A stretch of 16,000 bases of DNA from Tolumonas auensis DSM 9187 (GCF_000023065.1 NC_012691.1:2846594-2862593); one strand, 5' to 3'. Positions 1 through 8,883 are shown, numbered from the stretch's first letter. Made by a program: numbers and translations. The notes: generated from the letters alone by a model not told the origin.

Positions 1-429
1 AAGTTTGTTCATGAACGTCAGGATCGGCGTATCCCGCAGACGAGTTACTTCCATCAGTTTACGCGTCCGGTCTTCAACCCCTTTCGCCGCATCGATCACC
101 ATCAGACAGCAGTCAACTGCGGTCAGGGTACGGTAAGTATCTTCCGAGAAATCTTCGTGGCCCGGTGTATCCAGCAGGTTAACCAGACTGTCGCGATAAG
201 GAAATTGCATCACTGAGGTGGTAATAGAAATACCACGCTGTTTTTCCATTTCCATCCAGTCAGATTTGGCATGCTGACCTGTGCCACCACGACCTTTTAC
301 CGTACCGGCGGTCTGAATAGCATGTCCGAATAACAAGACCTTTTCGGTAATGGTCGTTTTACCCGCATCGGGGTGTGAAATAATCGCGAAAGTGCGTCTT
401 TTACTCACTTCCTGAAGAAAATCTGGCAT
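1..429 (-). CDS. prfC: Peptide chain release factor 3 (RF3), N-terminal GTPase portion. The gene runs off the left edge of the window.
   Basis: Reverse translation from the ATG at 429-427 gives [48 protein letters not shown]...[57 protein letters not shown]. This is near-identical in pattern to E. coli PrfC, with G1 AHPDAGKT and G3 DTPGH. It is absent from the ORF track because the ORF is truncated by the window edge. Confidence 0.9.
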   Translation of the reverse strand, partial: MPDFLQEVSKRRTFAIISHPDAGKTTITEKVLLFGHAIQTAGTVKGRGGTGQHAKSDWMEMEKQRGISITTSVMQFPYRDSLVNLLDTPGHEDFSEDTYRTLTAVDCCLMVIDAAKGVEDRTRKLMEVTRLRDTPILTFMNKL

Positions 430-530
430 TTTCTGTCTCTGACTGGCTAGTAATACATCAAAACTGGGGGCGGATTATAAACCTTGTGCCCGACTTTTCC
501 CATGATTGATGATGACTGAAATTTAAGCAG

Positions 531-560
531 AAAAAAGCAGGCGACCAGCGCCTGCAAAAA
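531..560 (-). terminator. Rho-independent terminator downstream of the YitT-like gene
   Basis: GCAGGCG (537-543) pairs with CGCCTGC (549-555) around the loop ACCAG. An A6 run at 531-536 becomes the U-tract on the minus strand. The hairpin lies about 25 nt past the stop at 583-585. Confidence 0.6.
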
Positions 561-582
561 GGTGGAATTGAAGAAAATGAGA

Positions 583-1188
583 TCACGCGACTGCGGAATT
601 ATACCGGCCGGGTTTATGGTTCGTCGCCAGTACCACATTCACAATAACAGCAGCAAAAACAGAGAGTAGCAGCACTGACCACGAAGTAATGAACGCAGAA
701 GACAACACGATAGTGCAATCCATCCCCATCTGGACTTTACCCGCGCTCACGCCATAACGTTCCTGCAACCACAGGCAGACAATATTAAACCCACCCAGAC
801 TGGCACGATGCCGGAACAGGATCAGCAAACCAACCCCCACCAGCGCACTACCCATCAACGCCGCATAGATTGGGCGCACCTCATTGATTTGCATCCATTG
901 ATGCAGGTGATCACCAAAAAACGAAACGGCAGTAACAGACAGCAGGGTTTTCGCGACAAACCATCCACCCAGACGTTTCCAGGCCAGCCAGTAAAAGGGC
1001 ACATTCAGCATAAAAAACAGCTGCCCAAAACTAAATGGTAATAATTTATTCAGCAGTAATGCCAGCCCGGCAGTACCACCGACCACGAGCCCCGGCTGAT
1101 TAAAAAAAACAATACCTAATGAGATCAGGCCGGTTGCCGTCAGCATCGCCAACGTATCTTCCAGCCAACTGTGTTGTGCAGGCATCAC
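583..1188 (-). CDS. Polytopic inner-membrane protein, YitT-family-like (short form of about 200 aa)
   Basis: 201-aa ORF with 5-6 hydrophobic segments and a glycine-rich GGTAGLALLLNKL motif typical of YitT/UPF0750 proteins. The family assignment is from memory. The start could be either of the two adjacent ATGs (1188 or 1185). Confidence 0.65.
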   Translation of the reverse strand: MMPAQHSWLEDTLAMLTATGLISLGIVFFNQPGLVVGGTAGLALLLNKLLPFSFGQLFFMLNVPFYWLAWKRLGGWFVAKTLLSVTAVSFFGDHLHQWMQINEVRPIYAALMGSALVGVGLLILFRHRASLGGFNIVCLWLQERYGVSAGKVQMGMDCTIVLSSAFITSWSVLLLSVFAAVIVNVVLATNHKPGRYNSAVA

Positions 1189-1384
1189 ATTTATCCATAG
1201 AACATAACCGCCGCTATGCTACCAGCAGATGACCACCAGCCCACTATGCCCGGACGAGAACAAATCAATGGCAATGTAAACTTTTAATGCCAGTAAACTC
1301 ACCAGCAGAGTGCAATTTGCTGCGATCGTAATCACATATCAGAAGCAGAGAGATATAAGAGGGATATAGAAGAGAAAAAACCAA

Positions 1385-1413
1385 TTGAGAATAATTATCA
1401 TTATGATATATTG
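1385..1413 (+). promoter_or_regulatory. Fur box overlapping a sigma70-like promoter
   Basis: GAGAATAATTATCATTATG (1387-1405) matches the 19-bp Fur consensus GATAATGATAATCATTATC at 15/19 positions. On the plus strand it is embedded in -35 TTGAGA (1385-1390), a 16-bp spacer and -10 TATATT (1407-1412). A minus-strand promoter also overlaps it: -35 TTGCAA, a 17-bp spacer and -10 TATTCT, pointing toward the YitT-like gene. The regulated direction is therefore ambiguous. Confidence 0.55.
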
Positions 1414-1418
1414 CAAAC

Positions 1419-1511
1419 ATCGTAATGTTGAGCAAAACTCTGTAGACCCGCCCTTTCTCCTCCTCTGAAGGGTGATATGTTCGAGGCTGGTATATACCAG
1501 CCTCTTTTTTT
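1419..1511 (+). ncRNA. Candidate Fur-repressed small RNA of about 90 nt (unnamed, no recognised family)
   Basis: The predicted start about 7 nt after the -10 leads to a strong intrinsic terminator ending at 1511. There is no SD-preceded ORF in between; the only ATG ORF is 6 codons and has no RBS. An internal hairpin, 1449-1455 pairing with 1468-1474, presents the 12-nt loop UCUCCUCCUCUG, which is complementary to Shine-Dalgarno GGAGGAG. The 5' end is inferred, not observed. Confidence 0.4.
1483..1511 (+). terminator. Rho-independent terminator, plus-strand oriented
   Basis: GAGGCTGG (1483-1490) pairs with CCAGCCTC (1497-1504) around the loop TATATA, followed by T7 (1505-1511). On the minus strand, downstream of the rlmB stop at 1517, the same hairpin has no U-tract. 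It is therefore oriented for a plus-strand transcript. Confidence 0.75.
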
Positions 1512-1516
1512 ATCTG

Positions 1517-2254
1517 TTAACCACGACGCTGACGCACCGCTTCAAACAAGCAAACACCGGTAGCAACAGAAACGTTCAGGCTGGAAACAGCACCCGCCAT
1601 CGGGATACTGATCAGCTCGTCACAGTGTTCCCGGGTCAGACGGCGCATACCATCACCTTCCGCGCCCATCACCAGTGCCAGTGAACCAGTCAGTTTAGCC
1701 GCAAAAACATCATGCGTTGCTTCACCCGCTGTTCCGACAACCCAGACCCCGCGTTCTTTCAGTTCACGCAGTGTCCGCGCCAGATTAGTGACCTGAATAA
1801 ACGGGACACTTTCCGCCGCACCGCAAGCGACTTTCCGGGCAGTGCCCGTCAGGCTGACTGATTTATCCCGCGGCACAATCAGCGCGTGCACGCCGGCAGC
1901 ATCTGCAGTACGCAAACAAGCGCCCAGATTATGCGGATCAGTTACTCCATCCAGTACCAGAAAAAAGGGCGTCTGTTCTTTCTCCAGAATTTTATCCAGA
2001 TCAGACTCGTCCAGCTTTCTTCCTTCCCGCACCCGGGCAATGATCCCCTGATGGATAGCGCCTTCAGCTTTGTCATCCAGTGTTTTACGCTGTACGTACT
2101 GAATGCTGACACCGTACTGTTGCAAAATGGCTAACAGTGGTTGCAGACGATCATCATCACGTCCCTTCAGCACCCAGGCTTCGAGAAAACGCTCCGGAGC
2201 CTGCTCCAACAGTGCTTTTACCGTATGGATCCCGTAAATCAATTCGCTACTCAT
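1517..2254 (-). CDS. rlmB: 23S rRNA (guanosine-2'-O-)-methyltransferase RlmB (SpoU/TrmH family)
   Basis: 245-aa ORF beginning [17 protein letters not shown], with SpoU motifs ([51 protein letters not shown]). It sits directly downstream of rnr, as in E. coli. Confidence 0.9.
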   Translation of the reverse strand: MSSELIYGIHTVKALLEQAPERFLEAWVLKGRDDDRLQPLLAILQQYGVSIQYVQRKTLDDKAEGAIHQGIIARVREGRKLDESDLDKILEKEQTPFFLVLDGVTDPHNLGACLRTADAAGVHALIVPRDKSVSLTGTARKVACGAAESVPFIQVTNLARTLRELKERGVWVVGTAGEATHDVFAAKLTGSLALVMGAEGDGMRRLTREHCDELISIPMAGAVSSLNVSVATGVCLFEAVRQRRG

Positions 2255-4671
2255 TTCTTCGCTTTTCCCTGACGTTTTTTGCGATCGTCTTTCTTAGCTG
2301 ATCGCGTACGATCAATTTTATCACTGGCACCCGTACGTTGTTTGTCTTTTTGTTTACGTTCTTTACCGGCTGCTTTTTCCTGATCACTGCTGGCTTTACG
2401 CTGTTTACTGCGCTCTCTTTTACCCTGGATATCAGTGAGTAATTTCTGATTTTTCTTCGCATCTTTACCAGTGAACACCAGCGGATCTTCAACCAGCATC
2501 AGATCGATCTTACGATCATCCAGATTTACACCGACAACCCGCACCCGTACCTTATCGCCTAAGCGATACACACGGCGGAAGTTCTCACCGATCAGCGTCT
2601 GACGGGATGGATCAAACTGATAATAATCATTAGTCAGTGTCGATACATGCACCAGACCATCAATGTTCAGTTCTGCCAGGCGGATAAAGCAGCCGAATGA
2701 AGTCACATTGGCAATCACACCGTCAAATTCAGAACCGACATGATCCTGCATGTATTCACATTTCAGCCAGTCGGCAACATCCCGGGTAGCATCATCAGCG
2801 CGGCGTTCCGTCATCGAACACTGCAGACCCATCGGGGAGATTTCATCATAGTTGTAATGATAACCACCGCTTGGCGTCCATTTATGTTTCGGATTTCCTT
2901 CCTGACGCGCTAACTCGTATTTGATTGCCCGGTGCAGTAACAGATCCGGATAACGGCGGATTGGTGATGTAAAGTGTGCATATGATTTCAGTGCCAGTCC
3001 GAAGTGACCGATGTTGTCCGCACTGTACTGCGCCTGCTGCATGGAACGCAGCAGCATGGTATTGATCAGCTCAACATCCGGACGATCCTGCACCTTGGCA
3101 GCTAATTCTGCATAATCCATCGGCTCCGGTTCATCACCCCCTTTCAGCTCCAGTCCCAACTCAGCGAGGAACTGACGGAAGGTTTCCAGCTTCAGCTCAC
3201 CCGGACGATCATGCACGCGGAATAAGGTTTCTGCTTCCTGCTTCTCGATAAATTTAGCCGCGGCAACGTTCGCCTGGATCATGCACTCTTCAATCAGCTT
3301 GTGTGCATCGTTACGGATCAACGGCACAATACGTTCGATTTTGCGCTGTGCATTGAAAATAAAGCGGGTTTCATCGCTCTCAAATTCTACCGCACCGCGC
3401 TGATGACGGGCTGTTTTCAGCGCCAGATAAAGCTTGTGCAGTTCTTCAATATGCGGCACCTGTGCAGCGTATTGTTCACGCAGCTTGATATCCCCATCCA
3501 GCATCGCCGCCACTTTGGTATAAGTCAGACGGGCGTGAGAATTCATCACCGCTTCGTAAAATTTAAATCCGGACAGACGCCCCGCTTCGGAAATGGTCAT
3601 TTCACAAACCATACAGAGGCGATCAACTTGCGGATTCAATGAGCACAAGCCGTTGGATAACACTTCCGGCAACATCGGTACTACAAATTCAGGGAAATAG
3701 ACGGAGTTACCACGGTTATATGCTTCATGATCCAGGGCAGTCGTCGGCCGCACATAATAGGAAACATCAGCAATAGCGACCCACAACCGCCAGCCACCGC
3801 CGCGCTTGCGTTCACAGAATACCGCGTCATCAAAATCGCGGGCATCTTCACCATCAATTGTGACCAGTGGTAACTCACGTAAATCCACACGGCCTGCTTT
3901 CGCTTCTTCCGGAACCTGCTCTGTCAGCGATTTGATCTGCGTGAGCACTTCCTGTGGCCATTCATGTGGGATACCGAATTTACGGATGGCAATATCGATC
4001 TCCATGCCCGGATCCATATTGTCACCCAGCACTTCCAGGACCTGCCCCATCGCATTCAGACGACCAGTCGGGCGCTGAGTTACACGCACCACAACGATCT
4101 GGCTCTGCCGGGCGCCAAGAGTGGCATCAGGCGGGATCAGAATATCCTGAATAATACGGTTATCATCCGGAACCACAAAGCCAACACCATTTTCAACAAA
4201 ATAGCGTCCGACCAGATCCATATCCCGTGATTGCAGCAAACGCACCAACCGGGCTTCCTGCCGGCCTTTGGCATCTGTTTTCGTTGGCTGAACCAGCACA
4301 TAATCACCGTGCATCAGACTCGCCATATCCCATTGATTCAGGAACAGGTCAGCACCACCACTATCCGGGCGCAGGAAACCATAGCCATCCTTATGACCAA
4401 TGACATGTCCTTTGATCAGATTTAACTTATCCGGCAAGGCGTAGGTGCGCCCCCGGGTAAAAATCAACTGTCCATCCCGTTCCATAGCGCGCAAACGACG
4501 GCGCAGCCCTTCCAGCTGATCTTCACCTTCCAGCATTAATGTCTTTTCGATCTCGTCCCGTGACATCGGACGACCATTCTTTTCAATCAATGCCAGAATG
4601 AGTTCACGACTCGCAATCGGTTTTTCGTATTTTTCAGCTTCGCGTGCAGCGAAAGGATCTTTGGGGGACAT
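2251..4671 (-). CDS. rnr: Ribonuclease R (3'-5' exoribonuclease) with a Lys-rich C-terminal tail
   Basis: From Met20 of the 825-aa ORF ([19 protein letters not shown]...) the protein is colinear with E. coli RNase R (MSQDPFQEREAEKYANPI...). It has the RNB catalytic region ([34 protein letters not shown]), an S1 domain and a basic tail. The start was chosen at 4671 by homology; the upstream 19 codons lack support. Confidence 0.9.
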   Translation of the reverse strand: MSPKDPFAAREAEKYEKPIASRELILALIEKNGRPMSRDEIEKTLMLEGEDQLEGLRRRLRAMERDGQLIFTRGRTYALPDKLNLIKGHVIGHKDGYGFLRPDSGGADLFLNQWDMASLMHGDYVLVQPTKTDAKGRQEARLVRLLQSRDMDLVGRYFVENGVGFVVPDDNRIIQDILIPPDATLGARQSQIVVVRVTQRPTGRLNAMGQVLEVLGDNMDPGMEIDIAIRKFGIPHEWPQEVLTQIKSLTEQVPEEAKAGRVDLRELPLVTIDGEDARDFDDAVFCERKRGGGWRLWVAIADVSYYVRPTTALDHEAYNRGNSVYFPEFVVPMLPEVLSNGLCSLNPQVDRLCMVCEMTISEAGRLSGFKFYEAVMNSHARLTYTKVAAMLDGDIKLREQYAAQVPHIEELHKLYLALKTARHQRGAVEFESDETRFIFNAQRKIERIVPLIRNDAHKLIEECMIQANVAAAKFIEKQEAETLFRVHDRPGELKLETFRQFLAELGLELKGGDEPEPMDYAELAAKVQDRPDVELINTMLLRSMQQAQYSADNIGHFGLALKSYAHFTSPIRRYPDLLLHRAIKYELARQEGNPKHKWTPSGGYHYNYDEISPMGLQCSMTERRADDATRDVADWLKCEYMQDHVGSEFDGVIANVTSFGCFIRLAELNIDGLVHVSTLTNDYYQFDPSRQTLIGENFRRVYRLGDKVRVRVVGVNLDDRKIDLMLVEDPLVFTGKDAKKNQKLLTDIQGKRERSKQRKASSDQEKAAGKERKQKDKQRTGASDKIDRTRSAKKDDRKKRQGKAKK

Positions 4672-4708
4672 AGAAGGCCTGCCATTGGCAATAAATAAAG
4701 TCATAATG

Positions 4709-4738
4709 AGTATAGCGAAATCAACCACTTTTTGTCAG
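4709..4738 (-). promoter_or_regulatory. Putative sigma70 promoter for rnr-rlmB
   Basis: On the minus strand: -35 CTGACA (4738-4733), an 18-bp spacer and -10 TATACT (4714-4709), about 35 nt upstream of the 4671 start. This is a motif match only. Confidence 0.35.
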
Positions 4739-4768
4739 GAATACGACTACGCGGTATGAACGACAACG

Positions 4769-5671
4769 CTATGATATAGCACAGAGATTTTGTAGTTGTT
4801 GCTGACACAACTGAGCCAGACGCTGATAACGGGTTTTAAGCGGAGACCCCGGACGATAAATCAGACCGACTGTGCGTTTCGGTTCTGGATCATGACAAGG
4901 TAAATAGCAGACGCCGTCGCGAATCTTTTCCTGCGGTACGGCCAGTTCCGGGATCAGTGTAATTCCGGCACCGGCAGCCACCATATTGCGTAATGTTTCC
5001 AGACTGGTTGCCCGGAAATGTGTGTCCTCTCGGGCTCCGGCGGCAAAACAAAAACCTAATGCCTGTTCGCGTAAACAGTGCCCATCTTCCAGCATCAATA
5101 ACTGCTGTCCCGACAGTTCACTCATTGCAACCTGTTCACGTTCCGCCCACGGGTGATCTGCAGCAACGGCCAGATACATGTTCTCGTCAAATACCGGAAT
5201 CTCAATAAAACCAGCAGTCTCTTTTACCAGCGCCAGTAATGCACAATCCAGTTCGCCGTTATCCAGTCGAGCCACGATCTGATGCGTCTGAGCCTCGTGC
5301 AGATAAATTTCCAAATCCGGAAACTCACGCCGGATAGCCGGGATTATATGTGGTAATAAATAAGGGCCAACCGTAGGAATCAACCCAATATGCAGTGGTC
5401 CCGCCATCTCTTCGGTATGCTGTTGCGCCATTTCTCTCAGCAAACGCGCCTCTTCCAATACACGTCTTGCCTGTGCGACCAACTGTAAACCTGATGCAGT
5501 AAACAATACCTTACGGCTGGTCCGTTCCAGCAGCACAACGCCCAGTTCATCCTCAAGTTTACGAATTTGCCCACTCAGTGTCGGCTGGCTGACATAGCAA
5601 GCTTCTGCCGCTAACCGAAAGTGCTGGTGTTCAGCCAGCGCAACCAGATATTCCAGATCCCGTAGATTCAT
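4769..5671 (-). CDS. oxyR: LysR-family hydrogen-peroxide sensor and regulator OxyR
   Basis: From Met28 of the listed ORF, MNLRDLEYLVALAEHQHFRLAAEACYVSQPTLSGQIRKLEDELGV... is highly similar to E. coli OxyR. Both redox cysteines are present in context (MLEDGHCLREQALGFCFAAG). The start was set at 5671 by homology. Confidence 0.9.
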   Translation of the reverse strand: MNLRDLEYLVALAEHQHFRLAAEACYVSQPTLSGQIRKLEDELGVVLLERTSRKVLFTASGLQLVAQARRVLEEARLLREMAQQHTEEMAGPLHIGLIPTVGPYLLPHIIPAIRREFPDLEIYLHEAQTHQIVARLDNGELDCALLALVKETAGFIEIPVFDENMYLAVAADHPWAEREQVAMSELSGQQLLMLEDGHCLREQALGFCFAAGAREDTHFRATSLETLRNMVAAGAGITLIPELAVPQEKIRDGVCYLPCHDPEPKRTVGLIYRPGSPLKTRYQRLAQLCQQQLQNLCAIS

Positions 5672-5682
5672 TGTGGTTTCCG

Positions 5683-5719
5683 ATAGATTTAAGCTATCAA
5701 AAGAATAACAAGTAGTGAT
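5683..5719. promoter_or_regulatory. Putative OxyR binding site in the oxyR-cybC divergent region
   Basis: ATAGatttaagCTAT (5683-5697), 7 nt, then ATAAcaagtagTGAT (5705-5719). The OxyR motif is ATAG-N7-CTAT-N7-ATAG-N7-CTAT. The first half-site is perfect, the second matches 5/8, and the spacings are exact. The site lies 12-48 nt upstream of the oxyR ATG and downstream of a minus-strand -35 TTGACT (5752-5747), consistent with autorepression. Confidence 0.5.
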
Positions 5720-5828
5720 TATGACTATCAATAAGTTACAAATATTAGTCAACTTATTAACGAATTTTTAATCTTTATGATATAGCCTTACTCTGTTTAC
5801 CTGGAAAGCCTTTTCTAAGGAGTTACTG

Positions 5829-6227
5829 ATGAAAAAATGTGTAACGCTCATATCTTCTGTACTTCTTTCTTCTGCCGCCTTGATTGCACCGGCATTTGCA
5901 GCGGTTGATGTAGAAGATGCCATGAAAGACATGAGCAAAAGTTATCGTCTGGTAATGAAAGATGCTGATGCTGCAAGTTTGAAAAAAGATTTAACCACGC
6001 TACGTGCTGCCGCCGTTGAAGCACAATCCGGCGTGCCGGGTAACATGAAAAAACAAGCGCCGGACAGCACTGATCGCAAAACTTTCGCTGAAGGAATGAA
6101 AAAACTCATCGCTCAGATTGATGTTGCCATCAAGTTAACCGATGAAGGGAAAGTGCCCGAAGCAAAAGCTGAAGCGGCAAAGCTGAAAGATCTGATGAAC
6201 GAATATCACGCCAAGCTTGGCGTTTAA
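5829..6227 (+). CDS. cybC: Soluble periplasmic cytochrome b562
   Basis: 132 aa with a signal peptide ending APAFA/AV. The mature sequence is colinear with E. coli cytochrome b562, and both haem ligands are placed correctly: Met in VEDAMKDM and His in NEYHAKLG. An AGGAG SD lies 6 nt upstream of the ATG. Confidence 0.85.
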   Translation: MKKCVTLISSVLLSSAALIAPAFAAVDVEDAMKDMSKSYRLVMKDADAASLKKDLTTLRAAAVEAQSGVPGNMKKQAPDSTDRKTFAEGMKKLIAQIDVAIKLTDEGKVPEAKAEAAKLKDLMNEYHAKLGV

Positions 6228-6240
6228 TAGTTTTAAAACC

Positions 6241-6270
6241 AAAAAAGCCGTTGTAGAACAACGGCTTTTT
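6241..6270. terminator. Bidirectional rho-independent terminator between the convergent cybC and lipoprotein genes
   Basis: GCCGTTGT (6247-6254) pairs with ACAACGGC (6258-6265) around the loop AGA. It is flanked by A6 upstream and T5 downstream, so it can work on both strands. Confidence 0.8.
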
Positions 6271-6290
6271 ATCTCTGACAGATACGGATA

Positions 6291-6791
6291 TTAGCGATTA
6301 ATATAACTCAGGAAATCCGTTTCCAATTGTCCGTTAGAAACACAAACCGGGGTAACTGAAGGCGCTGCGACTTTTTCGCCATTACCTTCAAGATAAGAAA
6401 CGGTAGTTGTGCCTTTCAGATTAATAGACGCAACGGCTTTATCAGCATTTTGCGTGATCATGAGATTAATCTTAACGGCTGGTTGTTCAATACTGACGCG
6501 GGAACCGCCCTTACCACAATCCAGATATTTTAATCCATCGCCATAACTTTCCTGAGAAGCTGACAATACTCCGCCGGTTACGTCACCCTGACCTTCAAAG
6601 CCTTTCTCAGCCAGCCAGCGTTGAGCGCGTCCCCACAATAAATCATAGGGAACATTAACTTCCGTACTGGTTTGTACAGGTACAGCAGTCGGTGGCGTAT
6701 AACGATATTGCTCGGATACCCCACTGGAACCGGAACAACCTGCTAACAGCAGAACCATCGACACACCGATACAACTAAGCGTTTTGTTCAT
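6291..6791 (-). CDS. Lipoprotein of unknown function
   Basis: 166-aa ORF with a signal peptide and the lipobox LLAG/C (MNKTLSCIGVSMVLLLAGCSGSSG). The mature part is soluble and has two Cys residues. I do not recognise a family. Confidence 0.7.
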   Translation of the reverse strand: MNKTLSCIGVSMVLLLAGCSGSSGVSEQYRYTPPTAVPVQTSTEVNVPYDLLWGRAQRWLAEKGFEGQGDVTGGVLSASQESYGDGLKYLDCGKGGSRVSIEQPAVKINLMITQNADKAVASINLKGTTTVSYLEGNGEKVAAPSVTPVCVSNGQLETDFLSYINR

Positions 6792-6888
6792 AAATATACC
6801 CTAGCTAACCATCATCTGTTGATACCAGAAATAATGATATTGTCTAACAAGGTACATTATTTGGCTAGTTTTATTTGGATAATTACTT

Positions 6889-7113
6889 TTAGCGATTCAA
6901 TAACATACCAGTTTCTAACTCTCGTTCTCTCTGGCATTCAGCTAAATATATTGCACCTAACACGGAGGGTTTTTGATGATATTGATCTATCGCTCTTTCA
7001 ACCATCAATGTTAACGTCTGTTGTGTTTTCGCCATACGGAATTTTCGTAACCACATATCTTTTGATTCCAGATCCAGTGGTTCAACTATATCTTCTTGTT
7101 TTTTAGATACCAT
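6889..7113 (-). CDS. Small Hha/YmoA/Cnu-like nucleoid-associated modulator (tentative)
   Basis: The 74-aa ORF lies in a markedly AT-rich patch. WLRKFRMAKTQQTLTLMVERAI resembles Hha [20 protein letters not shown] and Cnu YLLKFRKISSLESLEKL. LGAIYLAECQRERELETG resembles Hha AVFYSAADHRLAELT and Cnu NMYRAADHRRAELVSG. The SD is weak, and the family call comes from remembered alignments only. Confidence 0.45.
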   Translation of the reverse strand: MVSKKQEDIVEPLDLESKDMWLRKFRMAKTQQTLTLMVERAIDQYHQKPSVLGAIYLAECQRERELETGMLLNR

Positions 7114-7151
7114 ATCTTGTCTTAAAGTAGTTATATAATGAGAAATAATTT

Positions 7152-7179
7152 AGCCGGACTATATTTTAATAATCCGGCT
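7152..7179 (-). terminator. Possible terminator hairpin after trpS
   Basis: AGCCGGA (7152-7158) pairs with TCCGGCT (7173-7179) around a long AT-rich loop, just past the trpS stop. Only a weak U-tract follows on the minus strand. Confidence 0.3.
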
Positions 7180-7185
7180 GAATTA

Positions 7186-8190
7186 TTAACGTTTACTTAC
7201 AAAACCAATCGCATCAAATACACGACGCATCGTTTCATCAGCCCGCACCTGCGCTTTTTCAGCACCCTGCTGCAGAATAGCCAGCAGAGCCGACTCATCA
7301 GAGCGGAACTCCTGATAACGCTGCTGGATAGGCTCCAGTAGTGCTACAACAGCCTCTGCAGCCTCGGTCTTCAGATGACCATACATCTTGCCTTCAAAAT
7401 GCGCTTCCAGCTCAGCAATTGATTGGCCGGTCGCACCATGCATCAGACTGAGCAGATTACTGACACCCGCTTTATTTTCAATATCAAAACGAACTACTGG
7501 CGGATCTTCTGAATCAGTGACTGCTTTTTTCAATTTTTTGGTTATGGATTTAGGATCTTCCAGTAAACCAATGACATTATTCTGATTATCATCCGATTTA
7601 GACATTTTCTTAACCGGATCTTGCAGACTCATCACTTTAGCGCCCTGCGGCGGAATAAATGGCTCAGGAGTCGTAAATACATTGCCGTAAATGGAATTAA
7701 AACGGTATGCAATATCACGTGTTAATTCCAGATGTTGTTTTTGATCCTGACCAACCGGAACCTGATTCGCCTGGTATAACAAAATATCTGCAGCCATTAA
7801 TACCGGATAATCAAATAAACCCACACTGACATTATTCTCATAACGCTGTGATTTATCTTTAAATTGCGTCATACGGGATAATTCACCCATTTGAGTATAG
7901 CAATTTAATATCCAGCCTAATTCAGCATGTTGCGGTACATGCGACTGCATAAATACAGTGCTTTTTGCCGGATCAATGCCAACAGCCAAATACAAGGCCG
8001 CGGTATCCAGGCACGCTTTACGTAACACCAGGGGATCCTGACGCACAGTTATTGCATGCAAATCCACAATACAATACAGACAATCATAGTCATCCTGCAT
8101 CTGAACCCATTGACGCAATGCACCCATATAGTTGCCAATGGTCAGTTGTCCTGAAGGTTGAGCTCCGCTCAATACGATTGGTTTTGCCAT
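7186..8190 (-). CDS. trpS: Tryptophan--tRNA ligase
   Basis: 334 aa with class I signatures: a HIGH-type region ([12 protein letters not shown]) and KMSKS. It is colinear with E. coli TrpS. An AAGGAA SD overlaps the gph stop. Confidence 0.95.
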   Translation of the reverse strand: MAKPIVLSGAQPSGQLTIGNYMGALRQWVQMQDDYDCLYCIVDLHAITVRQDPLVLRKACLDTAALYLAVGIDPAKSTVFMQSHVPQHAELGWILNCYTQMGELSRMTQFKDKSQRYENNVSVGLFDYPVLMAADILLYQANQVPVGQDQKQHLELTRDIAYRFNSIYGNVFTTPEPFIPPQGAKVMSLQDPVKKMSKSDDNQNNVIGLLEDPKSITKKLKKAVTDSEDPPVVRFDIENKAGVSNLLSLMHGATGQSIAELEAHFEGKMYGHLKTEAAEAVVALLEPIQQRYQEFRSDESALLAILQQGAEKAQVRADETMRRVFDAIGFVSKR

Positions 8191-8199
8191 TTCAATTCC

Positions 8200-8883
8200 T
8201 TACTTCAGCGCCAACAACGACGCTAACTCATCAAAGCGATGTAGTACCCAGTCTGGCTGACAGTTTTCTATTGGCTCACCATGGTTATAGCCATAACTTA
8301 AACCAACAACGGGAATACCTGCGGCACGGGCAGCCTGAATATCATTTTTAGAATCACCGACCATCAGAGTTTCTGTCGGTTTCACATTGAATTGCTCACA
8401 TAAATAATGCAGCGGCATCGGATCCGGTTTTTTCGCAGGTAACCGTCCACCACCCAAGGTATGAGAAAAAAACTGAGCAATTCCGGCAGATTGCAGCAAA
8501 GGCTGCACAAACTCATCTGGTTTATTTGTTACCACGGCCAGTGAATAGCCGGCTTGCGCCAGCGCAGACAAGGTTTCCGGAACAAAAGGATAAAGTGAAT
8601 AGTCTTTATCGATACCAGCATGATAATGATGGTCAAAATCAGCTTTTACCTGCAGAAACAGAACTTCATCCACATCATGAAAATGATATTGGCGGCACAT
8701 TGCCCGTTTCAGTAATACCTCGGCACCATTACCAATCCATTCTTTCACCTGCTCCAACGATACCGCCGGCAGTTGATGGGCATTTAATGCGGCCTGAACA
8801 GCCAGATAAAGTTGCGAAACACTGTCAATCAGCGTTCCGTCCAAATCGAATAAAATAACTTTTACATTATTTAAATCAGACAT
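8200..8883 (-). CDS. gph: Phosphoglycolate phosphatase (HAD superfamily)
   Basis: 227 aa with HAD motif I ([12 protein letters not shown]), motif II (VVTNK) and motif IV ([11 protein letters not shown]). It occupies the conserved rpe-gph-trpS position. Confidence 0.85.
   Translation of the reverse strand: MSDLNNVKVILFDLDGTLIDSVSQLYLAVQAALNAHQLPAVSLEQVKEWIGNGAEVLLKRAMCRQYHFHDVDEVLFLQVKADFDHHYHAGIDKDYSLYPFVPETLSALAQAGYSLAVVTNKPDEFVQPLLQSAGIAQFFSHTLGGGRLPAKKPDPMPLHYLCEQFNVKPTETLMVGDSKNDIQAARAAGIPVVGLSYGYNHGEPIENCQPDWVLHRFDELASLLALK

Noticed and set aside
1341-1381. A polypurine-rich tract with an imperfect direct repeat (GAGATATAAGAG / GGATATAGAAGAG) upstream of the Fur-box promoter.
   Set aside because: It is short, imperfect and AT/purine-rich, like many promoter-upstream (UP-like) regions. 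There is no independent sign of function.
1423-1435. The minus strand reads UUGCUCAACAUUA, which is reminiscent of the conserved RyhB core (UUGCUCACAUUGC).
   Set aside because: It is in the opposite orientation to the Fur-overlapped plus-strand promoter and to the only good terminator. The match covers only about 11 nt and needs an indel. No minus-strand GC-rich terminator follows. It is most likely chance, but cmsearch with RF00057 on both strands would settle it.
4672-4728. A 19-codon N-terminal extension of rnr in the ORF track ([19 protein letters not shown]...). Similar extensions exist for oxyR (5672-5752, 27 codons) and dam (10409-10426, 6 codons).
   Set aside because: In each case an internal Met aligns with the N-terminus of the E. 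coli protein (MSPKDPF, MNLRDLEYL, MKKQRAFLKWAGGKY). The extensions are hydrophobic or low-quality sequence, and they overlap the likely promoter or operator DNA.
6819-7106. A 95-aa hydrophobic ORF on the plus strand, opposite the Hha-like gene.
   Set aside because: It has a TTG start and no SD, and its composition is what AT-rich antisense sequence produces. The minus-strand frame has recognisable family similarity. It is kept as an alternative only if the Hha assignment fails.
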